From contig NC_042999.1 of NCBI RefSeq assembly GCF_006345805.1, positions 72,106,001 to 72,170,000 of the forward strand: 64,000 bases of DNA, given 5' to 3'. Shown piece after piece: positions 13,926 through 26,860 of the stretch; position 1 is the stretch's first letter, and each line of letters opens with the position of its first letter. The notes below the pieces were generated by a model. It was not told the DNA's origin and searched no databases. It worked only from the letters and a program-made list of their open reading frames with translations. A program made the translations under genes and the position numbers. Source of the DNA: Octopus sinensis (taxonomy: Eukaryota).

Positions 13926-14117
13926 AGAGGGGGAAGGAAGTAGGATTTAATCAGTTACTGCTATTAAAGCTATCAAAGAGAAAGGAAAGGGGAAGCTAAG
14001 GGGATGGACACAAGTTGATACTACCAGAAAATCTAAGCTTGTTTAGTGCAAAATTCGAACTGAGGTCAACAATTTATTTCTTTATTTATAAATGTTACTA
14101 TTAATAGAATGTCAGGT

Positions 14118-14151
<34 letters not shown>

Positions 14152-14189
14152 AGAAAGGATAAAAATCTTTCATGAATAACATAGACTGA

Positions 14190-14403
14190 TAGGGCAGGTT
14201 TCCCGGTTTCTGTAGCGTATATATTTCCCACCTGGATGTGTGGACGGTCGCAGGATTACTCATTTCTGCCAGTTGAGTGGACTGGAGCAACGTCAAATGA
14301 AGTGTTTTTGATCAGCAGCACAGTAAGCCGCCCGATCAAGAAATCAGGAGAATATTCTTACGATCATTTGTCCAACACCCTAACCACTAAGCCACGCACC
14401 TCT
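14190..14403 (-). mobile_element. tRNA-headed SINE
   Basis: Minus-strand head AGAGGTGCGTGGCTTAGTGGTTAGGGTGTTGGAC; tail ACAGAAACCGGGAAACC shared with the 6273-6577 SINE. Confidence 0.65.
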
Positions 14404-14975
14404 ACATATTATATATCAAATATGTTATATCTAACATATAGTTTTTTATACGTAAAATATACAATACGCTAAACATTAAATTACATTGAAAGTAATAATA
14501 ATCAGCATGTCTTAGAATATATTACATATTTCAAAAATACATACTGTTCATATCATTTCTTCCCCGTCTCTATCAAACTATACTGTAAAAACATATTTAC
14601 ATATTTCCGGACGTATGTTATTTTTATTCCCGTTTTTAATAAGACAACCAATGCTACAATTGTGTGCATTATAAATATAAACGAGCATTAGATGTAAACC
14701 AATTGCAACGAAGTGGAAATATGATATTAAGTAGCCACTGCCAGTTGAAAAATGACATCTCACCTGCAATGCCGAGATGTTTCTGTGAAAGAATTATAGA
14801 AAACCAAATTTAACACAACTATTTCTTATTCAAACGTTTGTTCTGTCCAGACATATACTATTCAGTAAAGATTAAGCTCAATTTTAATTCTTTTTCGCAG
14901 GTTAAATAATATATATGAGTGTGCATGTGTGTGTGAGTGTGTGTGTGCATGCACATATATATATATACATATATG

Positions 14976-15087
<112 letters not shown>

Positions 15088-15092
15088 GTTAT

Positions 15093-15126
<34 letters not shown>

Positions 15127-15559
15127 CGCATATGCTTATGCATACACACATGCATACATACATATATACACACACACACATACATACATACATACATACA
15201 TGTTAACATAAAACTGAAGATCAGTGAAAAAGAGGCACCTATGCTGAACTATTGGGAAATCTGCAGTTACTCTATCTAGATTACAAGTTCAGGGTTATAC
15301 TGTAATTATTGGGGCCCTGGTATATGTAACACACTGTCTAAATACCAATCTAGAGAAATTAGGCTTCTCAAAACCAGAAAGGAGAAGGCTAATTCAAAGA
15401 CTACAGATCCAATCCATCTATAGAACTGTAAAACTCTAAAACTTTCCAGAATTTTATCATTTAAATATATATGAGCATGTCCAGATATGCAATTATATGC
15501 ATGAGAATACATACGTATAACATACAAATCTTCACATACATACATAGTTGGAATTTACA

Positions 15560-15690
15560 AAAAGACAAAAGACAAAGACAGGTGTATAAACAACAAACAG
15601 GTGCATTAGTTTGACGCTCGGTAAAGTAAGAAAGCATTTTACATTTCGAGCCTACGCTCTTCAACAGAAAGAGAGTAAAACAAGCTTTAG
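15560..15690 (-). mobile_element. Short Penelope-like terminal relic with degenerate hammerhead boxes
   Basis: Minus strand CTGTTGA-A-GAGCgtagGCTC-GAAAT at 15638-15670: stem II intact, catalytic core mutated. Confidence 0.4.
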
Positions 15691-15790
15691 TGGCTAGCGA
15701 TCGTTTATGGCGGCTGGCTTGAGGGAGGTGGTAAAAAAACAACAATAGGAAAAAACAGAAAGTTCAAAAACGTTCAGAAAATTTCAAAAA

Positions 15791-16300
15791 GTACATTAAT
15801 TACATTTGACGGATATTTGTCCTCATCTTATTTGTTGTTAACACAACATTTTGGCTGATATACTCTCCAGCCTTCATCAGGTGTCTTGGGAAAATTTCGA
15901 ACCTGGGTTATAATTCCTAAGGTATTTTTCGATGCCATTATTATTATTCTTATTCAAGTCACTACCTGGAATCGAACTCAGAATTTTGGGGTTAGTAGCC
16001 CTCGCTCTTAACCACTACGCCGTATGCGCGTGGGAAATTACAGAGTGACTTTTAGGGTTCATAAATCTAATATTACCCTGTCATTCTTTAATACCGGTTC
16101 CCATATGCTATTTAAATCTGCACTGGATCTGCTAAGGAGGTGTCCAAGCTTATGTGCTGCTTCCCCAAGACATCTGATGAAGGCCGGAGCGTATATCAGT
16201 CGAAACGCTGTGTTAACAACAAATTGAGGACAAATATCCGTCAAATGTAAATAATGTAAATAATGTACATAATTCCTCATCTCTTAAATATAGAACTGAA
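15791..16300. mobile_element. Penelope-like element with ~90-bp inverted arms (15801-15892 / 16161-16249) enclosing a tRNA-like head (15958-16026, minus)
   Basis: Arms are reverse complements (TACATTTGACGGATATTTGTCCTCA vs TGAGGACAAATATCCGTCAAATGTA) and carry CTGATGA-A-GGC(T/C)G...CAG(C/T)C-GAAAC. Confidence 0.6.
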
Positions 16301-18577
16301 GTCAAAAATGTTCAAACGTCGTGGTATATTCATCAACGGAAGAATCTAGTGAAATCCACATGTATTTCTAGTAATACTCAGGTGGAATGCTGGGGTGTAA
16401 GTGAGGAGAGGTGCAGAATACACACATACATACATACAAACAAAAATACGCTGTTCTTGATGTTGAAATTCCAGTGTAGATGACTTGGATCTAGGTTAGA
16501 AACCGGTTCTCTTTATTGGCAAGAAATTTTGAAATACACTGAATAATGACATGCATACATAGATACATACATACATACATACATATATACATACATACAT
16601 ACAAACATACATACATAGAGTATCATCGTTATCATCCACTTTGGTTCCAGTATGGTGGCTTAGCTACTACTATACTTAACTGGTAATGATTCCAGAGCAA
16701 ATGAAGAAATTATGATAAACACAAGCTCATATCGTTTAATCCCTACTTACATTTTACCGCTATCGTTATTTGCACGCTCTTCATTGGATGCCCCTAGTAA
16801 AATTGCGTGGTGGATCACAACTGATCATCAAAGGAACACTTTATTACGCTAAACAGATCAAATGCTTCATTTGATAATGAATATATACGCATGTGTGTGT
16901 CTATATTTATAAAATACAGGCATATGTTTTGTGCATGTGTGTGTGTGTTTGTGTGCGTATGAGTCTATATATACTTTGTAAAACTCATTCAACATTCTCT
17001 TCAGAGACCCTGCTCTCACCTTAGTGCATTGCCATCAACAAATATTCCAGGATTATTCTGAAACTTATATGTATATATATAAATATATATATATATGTAC
17101 CTTGACATGCTAAGAGAACTTACGCCCTTAGGTGGTGGGGAAGGCTCGTGATAGTTCGACCAACTCGCGCAGGTCCCTTCCGTTCGAGGGTAACCCTAAG
17201 TACTGAAATCGTCTCCCCGGTCGCCATCAAGCCGGGGCTCGAGATGTCCATGGGTCATCCCAAGTTGAACGAAAGCCCACTCCGAGGAGTAGCAACGGTC
17301 GGGGCTACCCTCGGGTACGAGCCGACCAACTTGGCGCCGGCCTGTCGGAACGGTACGTGATGGCCCCGATGACACCGATCCACCCAAATACACCGGGTGT
17401 TTAGGTATGGTTATGATCCTCTCCTCTCTCCCCACCTAGAGGAGGGCGATGGATGCGACCCCTGGACTCGCGGCTCGTCCACGAAAGCCGAGGTTCCCAC
17501 AAATGTATGTCGATTCTCACCTACCTCAGATGGCATGTGTTAATGTGCAGCCATGTGTCGAATACCCGAGTCCTGTGACGTTACGTCGTCCCTTCCTTCC
17601 GACTGCACCAATTATGTCCTTTTGTTGGTGGTGCTAAAACCGCCAATAAGCATACGCTCTAGCGTGCAAACATTATTTAATTTGAAATTTCTGTCTCTAT
17701 AGCGTACAAATGAAACGTAAAATGATTAGATCAAATTTAATTGGCTGATTTCTTTGTGCAACAGAAATCAATTCACAAAGGTGTGTGAAAGGTTTTTCTG
17801 TCGTAGATTTCACATGCTTGGTCAAGTTACTGATTGACGTTGCTACGAAGCGGATTATGAGCTACCAGTTACAGATATAGAGAGTAGTGTTGAAACAGAA
17901 TAATACATACACACATAAACACACATGTATATATTGTGTGTATATATACAAAATTATACATGCACGTATATATACTGTGTACTTGTGGTGAGGTCTTTAT
18001 GTTTAGATGTAATTTTGGATATTTCTTTCAGAAAGACATAAAAAGGTCCGAAAAGACACAGAATAGAAATGATATCAGGAAAGACTATATACTGTGTGTA
18101 TGTGTAAATATGTGTATATATACGAGTGTGTGTGAGAGAGTTATGTGTGCGAGTGCGCGTGTGTGTGTGTAGGTTTGTATGTGTTTTGTAGGAGTGTGTA
18201 TCTTTGTATTTACTTTTAAGTGAGTATAAATGTACACTATTGCCTTTGGATTTCCATCCTTTTCCGAAGAGAGGTTAATTGAATAAAATCCCATGAATGT
18301 GGTCCCTTTGTAGGTCTTCGTTACAATAAAAGAAAACGCTGAAAATAAACATATAATAAACAAATAATTGTTGTATTCATCGATATATAGTAATCTACTT
18401 CACGCTACACGTTTTTTGCGCGAAGAAATTATAATTTATAACAAATATGCTAATAATGTTAAGTGTGGTTAGTTTTCTGGGATTACAAACTATAGTTTTC
18501 TGGGGTAAAAAAAGAATGCCAATTTCACAACAAATTGACAATTAAAATACCAGAGATGTCTATGATCTGCGACCGAG

Positions 18578-18613
<36 letters not shown>

Positions 18614-19318
18614 CACTTCAAATATTCGTTATTTAATATATTATATTCAGTGGAAAACACAATCATATCTATTAGCAAACAGAACATATGAGCCGTACAC
18701 ATCACTCACACAAACGCACACACACACTTATACATGTATATATACACAAAGGCACACGCACGAACACACACACACTATCTAATTAAAATATTTCAATAAT
18801 CAAGAATAGAACATTTTACAAAGTGGAGACATACTTATTTTAAAATCCGTTATGACTGTGACAAATTGCTTATACAATATCATTTTTGTTTCTTTTTTTA
18901 TTTTATTTGTTTCTGTGATTAGACTGCGACCGTCTTGGGGCACCGCCTTGAAGACTGTTAATCGAACAAGGTGACTGCACTTCCTATTTTATTATTTTTT
19001 AACATGTGGCAAACCGCTAGGTTACAGGAACTTAAAAACACCAACACCGGTTGTAAAGCGGTAGTTGAGGATAAGCACAAGTGCAAGACACACTCGTACA
19101 CACAAACACATATACACATATACGTTGTCTATATGCTGCGTTTTCAATATTTACGCGCGTCTTCTCTTATTGAATTTCTTTTATAGTTCCTTATTATATG
19201 TTGTTTGTGCCACATATAGGACTTAAAGACATGTATTGTGTCCTTTAGATAAATAATATTTATCCCTCACCAGATGGGGTACATTTTTTTAATACAGAAC
19301 AGTGCATTTTATATATGA

Positions 19319-19386
<68 letters not shown>

Positions 19387-19520
19387 AATATATATATATA
19401 TATACATCTAATATAGAATAAAATTTTCGAAAGAATTTTATCAGTGGACAGCATATTAAAAAATACCTTTAAAGGCTAAATTTATAAACAACTTATAAAT
19501 ATTTGAAGTGCTTAGATATA

Positions 19521-19910
19521 TAGGCGCAGGAGTGGCTGTGTGGTAAGTAGCTTGCTTATCAACCACATGGTTCCGGGTTCAGTCTCATCACGTGGCACCT
19601 TGGGCAAGTGTCTTCTACTATAGCCTCGGGCCGACCAAAGCCTTGTGAGTGGATTTGGTAGACGGATACTGAATAAATATGTATATATATATATGTGTGT
19701 GTGTGTATGTTTGTGTGTCTGTGTTTGTCCCACTAGCATTGCTTGACAACCAATGCTGGTGTGTTTACGTCGTCACTTAGCGGTTCGGCAAAAGAGACCG
19801 GTAGAATATGTACTGGGTTTACAAAGAATAAGTTCCGGGGTCGATTTGCTCGACTAAAGGCGGTGCTCCAGCATGGCCGCAGTCAAATGACTGAAACAAG
19901 TAAAAGAGTA
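19521..19910 (+). mobile_element. CORE-type tRNA SINE (family 2), near full length
   Basis: Head TAGGCGCAGGAGTGGCTGTGTGGTAAG, core GTGGCACCTTGGGCAAGTGTCTTCTACTATAGCC, tail GGCGGTGCTCCAGCATGGCCGCAGTCAAATGACTGAAAC. Confidence 0.85.
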
Positions 19911-20319
19911 AAGAGAGTAAGAGTAAAGGCAAAAGAAAAAAATTAAATGCCAAATATGCCGAAAATAGACTTAAATCGTCAATAACCATATACAATACAT
20001 CACTATAAGCACGTGTTTATTTCTTATCGTATTTACTGCTAACGAAGTCTATTTTCGGCATATTTGGCATTGAATTTATTTCCTTTTGCCTTTGTTTATA
20101 AGTTATATACATATATATATATGTATCCCCCAAAAAACGAAGACCAAACCCAAACAACAACGCAAGGACATGGTACATGTATAGTATTAGCAGACGCTCA
20201 GGAGAGGAAAGAAAGGTGGTTTTACGTCTCTTCTTCAGAAACAGGAGACAGAGGAAAGTCCAATAGAAATGGAAGACGGAGGAAAATAAATTGCCAACGA
20301 TTCACATGTGATTACATTA

Positions 20320-20480
20320 GGTTTTTTTCAGTTTCCGTCTACCTAATCCACTCGCAAGGCTTTGGTAAGCTCGAAGCTATAGTAGAAGACACTTGCTCGA
20401 AGTGCCATGCATTGTGATTGAATCCGGAACCATGTGTTTGAGAAGCAAATTTCTTAGACTACAGCCACGCCTGCGCCTAA
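20320..20480 (-). mobile_element. Family-2 SINE 5' half; other fragments at about 10690-10835 (-), 11970-12070 (+ tail), 23285-23440, 36185-36650 (-), 37330-37510 (-)
   Basis: Reverse complement of the head and core of the 19521 element. Confidence 0.75.
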
Positions 20481-21117
20481 TAAGTGAAGGATTTTTATTT
20501 ATTTATGTTTATACGTTAAAATGGCTGGAAAATTTCATTAATAGAGATACTGAAATTTTAAATGAGAGTTTGTTTTATTTGGCTTTTGTTTTGTTTTTTT
20601 TTCTTTCTTTCACATTATTACGGTGGGGAAATCTGAAAAGCTTAACAACAGCCGATGAGTAGTCAAGACACGAAAGAAAGCAACTGAAAAAGATTTGGGG
20701 TTGAAATATCTCGACAAAATGGCAGCCAAGTCTGTTGTTTTTAATAGAATTATGTAGGTAGAAAGAAAACAGACATTCAATAAACATTTTTCTCCCAGCA
20801 TTTTTTAATCAAATAGTTATCATATAGCTATTAGCTAAAATAATATCATTACTTTATTGGTATATTTATTTGTCTATATTATGAGCCTACATCATTTCTA
20901 ATTTTACGATTTTATTCATACCATTATTAGTGTATTTAGTTTGTTACAGTGCTGTATTGGTTTGCATATAGCTGTGTTTATGCATTAACATACATATACA
21001 TTGAATGGATTTTGCACGTTTGCATTCGAGTTTGCTTTTGACTTTATATTCATGAACGCGTTGTTTTACCTAGATATCCGTGCTTATGTATGTATTTACG
21101 TGTACATATATATATAT

Positions 21118-21184
<67 letters not shown>

Positions 21185-21296
21185 GAGAGAGAGAAATAGA
21201 GAGATGTATATGTATCCACACGTACACATACGACACTTCCTTGTATATACATCCATTTATGTAGAAATACATATATATATATATATATATATATAC

Positions 21297-21342
<46 letters not shown>

Positions 21343-21483
21343 TCAGGGTAATAAAACATTTTTGAAATTTTTACTACTAGTAGCCTAGCGTGTAGAAAAA
21401 TTAGTCAATAGACTATATATTATTCATATATATTAGTGTACATTTAAACAAATAAGAGGTATCCATCAGCGTGCCAGGAATCC

Positions 21484-22113
21484 TTGCGATGAAAAGTGGA
21501 TTCTCTACGACAACCGGCGATGCTCAGCTCGGTGGTTGGACGCCGACGAAGCTCCACGGCATTTCCCGAAGCCAAAGTTGCTCCAAAAGAAGGTCATGGT
21601 GACTGTTTGTTGGTCTGCGGTCGGTCTCATCCATCACAGCTTTTTGGATCCAGGCGAAACTATTACGGCGTAGAAGTACTGTCAGCAAATGGATGAAATG
21701 CATAAGAAACTCCGAGAACAACAGCCAGCATTGCTCAATAGGAAAGGATCAATTCTTCTCCACGACAACTGACCCTGCAGAAGTTGAACGAATTGGGCTA
21801 CGAAACTCTGCCTCATCTTCCATACTCACCAGATCTCTCGCCTACCGACTACCAATTTTTCAAACATCCCGACAACGTCCTGCGTGAGAAATGCTTCAAA
21901 AACCAAGACGATGTCAAACACGCCTTCAACAACTTCATCACCACCAGAATGCAGGATTTTTACGCCTCAGGCATAAATAAGCTTGTTTCGCTTTGGTAAA
22001 AGTGTGTGATTCTGATGGTGTTTATTTCGATTAATAAAATTTTGTCTTAACCGAGATATGCGCATCTGAATTTAAAGTCTAAGATCCGCAAGAACTTTCT
22101 TGACAACCTAATA
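21484..22113 (+). mobile_element. Mariner transposon, 3' half (transposase pseudogene plus right TIR)
   Basis: Frames give CDEKWILYDN, LLHDN and HLPYSPDLSPTDY (DD34D catalytic motifs) with a stop and a deletion; ends CGCAAGAACTTTCTTGACAACCTAA followed by TA. Confidence 0.92.
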
Positions 22114-22689
22114 GAACATTCCACCAGTACTCCTTTTTAATATGAGTGGCTATGTCTTCCACCATACTGTAGGTTCTTATTTCTCTGTCCTTCGGTTATC
22201 CCTTCGATGGATCTCATTATACAGTGTTCTAACTACATCATGTCCCATTGGCAGATAATGGTGTGATGACATTTTCGGACAACTACTTTTGATGCGGATG
22301 ATTTGTATGTATGTATGGATGGATGGATAGATGTATGTATGTACGCATGCATGCATGTATGTATGTATGTATGTATGTATGTATGTATGTATGTATGTAT
22401 GTATGTATGTATGTATTATGTATGTATGTATACGTATGTTTAGGTGTGCATTATAGGTATGAATTATTTTTCCATATATCTTCAATTAACTATGAATGCA
22501 TACTTATCGATTTACCCATACTAAAATATATTAGCAGATGTGTTTAAATCTTGTTACACAAGCTTCCAACCTGAATATTTTCCAATATATATATACTTCA
22601 ATATATCTGTTCATTTAGATTTACTTCAAACGTACTGCGATATATTTACATAGATTTACTATTAAACTGTAATATAAAATGCACTCAAC

Positions 22690-22950
22690 CGGGCCAGCAT
22701 ACTGTTCTCGTTTATAATCAGGTTTCGGTTAGTATTTATGTTAAACGAGCTAATTTTAAAGATATCTAAACGCTTATTCAATATAGTTCTTACTCCTTAT
22801 ATCGAATTTTCTTCTATTACATTCAGAAATATTATTCTATCGTTAGCTTTGATATCAAGAGTAAACATTAGTTTATATAGTACATTTTTTTTAAAAGTAA
22901 TCGCTAGAAGCTGTAAACTACATTCGATTTCTTTTTACGATATCATTGCG
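22690..22950 (-). pseudogene. Possible highly decayed Penelope-like RT fragment
   Basis: Minus frame KLMFTLDIKANDRIIFLNVIEE resembles the PLE RT motif KFT.E.E.N..I.FLDV; several stops. Confidence 0.3.
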
Positions 22951-24788
22951 ACTTAGTGAAGTTGAAAGCAAATACTTAAAGTTTTGTACCTACAATTACC
23001 ACACACGTAAACACACATGCATGCATATGCAAACGTTAAGCATTTGTAATATTAAACATCCACAATATAATAGAGCGATGCATATGTATAATTTTTATAT
23101 ATCAAAAATCTATTTTCTCGAAGTAAATTCTAGCTGAAAGCTTTAACACGCTGCATACATACGGTGCTGACGCCTGCTCAATTTCTTGATACGATCTGCA
23201 AATAAAATAACCTACATTCATATGTATCAAAATACGTATACACTTATACACACATACTAATACAGGCACACATACATATATGAACATGCTTAGCTGCGTG
23301 ATTAACAAGCACCTTTTACCACAACGTAGTTTTGGGTTCAATCCCATCACACAGTATTTTTGATGCCACGCGGTGGGACTGAACTCAGAACCGTGTGGTT
23401 GGGAAGCAAGCTTCTTACCACACAGCCACGCCTGTGTCTAATGTACACACATATTCTTCATAACATCTTACTATATTGATAATTGCGAAGTTAATATTTT
23501 ATTCCTATATCCTCAAAAAACGAATACCAACCTTTCGAATATACTTTAAACTGAGTCCCGTTAGCAAACATATATAAAATCCAAATCCTTACTTGCACTT
23601 ACTGTGACCTTTCATAGTACTGTGATGGATGAAATAGTAACAGCATACTTTGTTTAACTCCATCGACAACTATATTCCCTTTTACCAATCATTTCTTGTA
23701 TACCAGTAGTAAATGATATACATGAAAGGTGGAATGAAACGCAATTCACAAAATCAAATTTAACATAAAGCGATAAACATCTAAAATAAGAAAGACATCC
23801 TTTCTCTGTTTAAAGATAATGTTTCTCGTCGAGTGCTTTATAGAGTCAACCGTTTTTTGCAAGACATTTTATGCTGTGATTAATGATCCTAGAAGGTAAT
23901 TTTCCTTTTAGATTGAGTGAGCAGGTGTGAAGTCTATAGAATTCCAATTTAGTGTTTTAAGAAAATTCGGAAATGTACTTTTAAAGGAAATATACATTTA
24001 TTTGACCAAAAAATGACATATCATATATCAACAGATATAGCATCTGTGTGATACAATGAATATTACTACAATTTTCTTTAAGTTACAAGAAAGTGCTCGT
24101 GTACATTCAAAAGGCAGGTGTCTAAACATTTCTATGTTGATTTAGTTTGAACTCAATATATTGTCTGTTATGCTATGGTATTGATTAATTCTTTTCTTCA
24201 GTATAGATTGAATTATTCTGTATAATTTTTAAAAGACATTCAACACTTACAACAGTATCGTTATATACTCTCCATTCTTGATTTCAAATTTTTTATCTTA
24301 TAGATTGACAGATACAATATATTTGGTAGACTTCTTTAAATTTCAAGTATTTGATTTACGATTTTATATCAATCGATAAACATCTAAAACATATAAAGTA
24401 AGGTGTATAGAGTAAGCAAGCCTTTTCACTTCATTGATTTACAATTGTTTCATCAAGAATCGATCTCTTTAGCGTTGCTACATTATGGAATAATATATGC
24501 AACCATTGATACCTGAGATATGATAGACACGAAATCGAAGATCGACTTTCCAGAATCATGCATAAAAGCTTTTGGCTGTGGACATATGTGTTAACGATTA
24601 TTTATACCTATATCGAGTTGAACGCCTTTAAATGGTTACATTTACATATTATAAAACAAAGCAAATCAAACCTTGTTTTAGTTGACTGGTCAAGAAAAAG
24701 ATGAATCGATAGAAAAAAAAGAAAGAATAAAAGCATAAAAGAAAAGGAAATCTTTTGTTTTTAGACAATATAATACATAATAGTTTTC

Positions 24789-25190
24789 TCGGACGTTGTC
24801 ATATTGAACAAGAAAGGCAAATACTATCAGATCACTGATGTGGCCAGACCGAATGACATGAGTATTGTGAGTAAAGATGTTGCAAAAATAACTACGTACT
24901 TCGAATTGAAAGTAGAGATGGCAAGACTGTTGGGAATGCAAAAGGGTAATGTAAAATAATACCAACTGTGATTGGGGAATTAGGGTCAATCCTACCGAAA
25001 CCGCAAGACTTCTTAATGTAACAGGTAAACCCGAACAAGACTGGTGTCAAACAAAATTCAGCCTTCCTAAGTACTGTGCACATTTTAAGAAGATTACCTG
25101 TCTGAGATCCTTATTGCGATTAACAGATGACTAAATTCACCGGTGCATTTTCCACTTACACTACCTGACGAAGTTGTAATAATCATAAGA
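24789..25190 (+). mobile_element. 3' end of an RLE-type (R4/NeSL/Hero-like) non-LTR retrotransposon, degraded
   Basis: SDVVILNKKGKYYQITDVARPND...KITTYFELKVEMARL then IPTVIGELGSI...AFLSTVHILRR: PD-(D/E)xK restriction-like endonuclease C-terminus with frameshift and stops. Confidence 0.8.
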
Positions 25191-25359
25191 CTTTCAAATT
25201 TTGACACAAGACCAGCAATACCGGGGAGTGGATATTTTATCGACCGCGAAAGGATGAAAGGCAAAGTCGGCCTCAGCGGAAATTGAACACAGAACGTACA
25301 GACAGGAGAAATAATGCTAAGCATTTTGTCTGGTGCGCCAACATATGGCTGGTACAGTA

Positions 25360-25570
25360 CTCATGTTTCAAGACAGCCTTCGACTAGGGTTAAAGAAAGA
25401 CTTCCATAGATCCAGGATGACGCTGACCATAAAGCAATCGACTCACTGTTGTTCACCATGCTTGAAGTAGTTCCATTCACCACGAGTATTTTGAATACAG
25501 CCACCCGCCTTTTGACAAATTCGCTAAAGAAGAGCACTTCACTCTTCACCCTCCACTCCTTTCCAAGATG
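25360..25570 (-). pseudogene. Degraded APE-endonuclease fragment of a LINE
   Basis: Minus frame RICQKAGGCIQNT...YFKHGEQQ*VDCFMVS resembles the C-terminal N-T...IDY motifs of APE domains; several stops. Confidence 0.45.
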
Positions 25571-25794
25571 ACCTTGAATAGTAGTAATAATGTTCTTGTA
25601 TACTTGCAGGAATTTTAAGTGCAGGAGTTTTGGCTATTATTTTAACCCCATTAACCAGCTTGTAGTTATTTTATCAAACCCGAGATGAACATAAAAACCA
25701 ACCTCTGTGGCATTTGAACTGAGAACGTAAAGATGAACAAAAGCCTCTAAACATTTTGTCTGACATGCTAACGATCCTGCCAGCTCACTGCCTT

Positions 25795-26860
25795 TAATAA
25801 GGCACAAAGACTAATATTTAATGCGAGGGGGCTAGTCGATTACGTCGGACCAAGAGTTCAACTGATATTTATCTTATCGACCCTAAAAGTATGAAAGGCA
25901 ATATCAAAAATTTGGAGATGGTCTAACGAATGGGACCTGTGGCTGAACGCGTCAAAGTGCTGTCATCTGCCTGTTGGCTCTCCTCCTGCAACTTCGAGCC
26001 GGGTCGTCTGCTGCTGGAGAGGACCGACCAGGTAAAGGACCTGGGTATCTTGGTGGATTCCTCCTTTTCGCCTTCGGCCCAGTGCGTCCATGCTGCCAAC
26101 AAAGCACGCGGAGTTCTGTTCTTGATTCGACGGTCATTCGGAATGCTCACAGCAGCCATATTCCTACCGCTCTATGTCACGCTGGTGAGACCCATATTGG
26201 AGTACGGGATTCAAGCCTCTTCTCTTTATCTCCTCAAAGACATACAACATCTCGAAAGAGTCCAGAAGCTGGCTACCCGCATGGTTCTTGATCTCAAGAA
26301 TTTATCTTATGAAGAAAGGCTGAAGACGCTCGACCTTTATTCTCTAGAAAAACGACAACGCCGTGGTGATCTCATTCTTGCTCACAACATCATAAGCGGA
26401 AAGTGTAACCTCTCGAAAGAGCTGTTCTTCACTCCTGCTCCAGAGCGTCGGCTGCGAGGTCACTCCGAAAAGCTCTATCTGCGACGATTTCATCTCAATC
26501 GAAGGAGAGGGGCTTTCTCCGTCCGGGTTGCGGATCCGTGGAATAAGCTGCCGGACAAGATGGTGAAGATGCCGACGACCGCTCGGTTCAAAGTCTCCCT
26601 TGACCACAAGTGGTCTGAACTCTTTACATGAGCACCACCCTGTACATAACTCCATGCCGCCTACATGGCCTTGCTTTTTGCTTTTTGAGCCAAAAATTAA
26701 CTACATGGCCTTGCTTTTTGCTTTTTGAGCCAAACATTAACTAACTAACTAACTAACTAACCTCAGTAGAATTTGAACTCAGAACCTAAGGACGGAAGAA
26801 AAGCTGCTAAGCATTTCGTCCGGCATGCAAACGAATCTATAAGCTCGCCACTTTTAATAA
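25795..26860 (-). mobile_element. Family-1 SINE split by a LINE insertion (halves 25795-25907 and 26761-26860); neighbouring copies at 25200-25345, 25630-25795, 26860-27020, 27105-27315
   Basis: Left half ends GAAAGGCAATATCAA and right half resumes CCTCAGTAGAATTTGAACTCAG, contiguous in other copies. Confidence 0.8.
25908..26760 (+). mobile_element. 5'-truncated CR1-clade LINE (RT C-terminus, 3' UTR, (CTAA)5 tail)
   Basis: IWRWSNEWDLWLNASKCCHL, then one frameshift into ORF 25930-26631 (KDLGILVD, RPILEYG, LEKRQRRGDLI, FSVRVADPWNKLP); tail at 26741-26760. Confidence 0.92.

Noticed and set aside
15638-15670. Active hammerhead ribozyme
   Set aside because: The core reads CUGUUGA and GAAAU, so conserved catalytic positions are altered; kept only as a relic.
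25098-25164. Minus-strand exon with AG/GT boundaries
   Set aside because: It overlaps the plus-strand RLE retrotransposon 3' end, which explains the sequence better.
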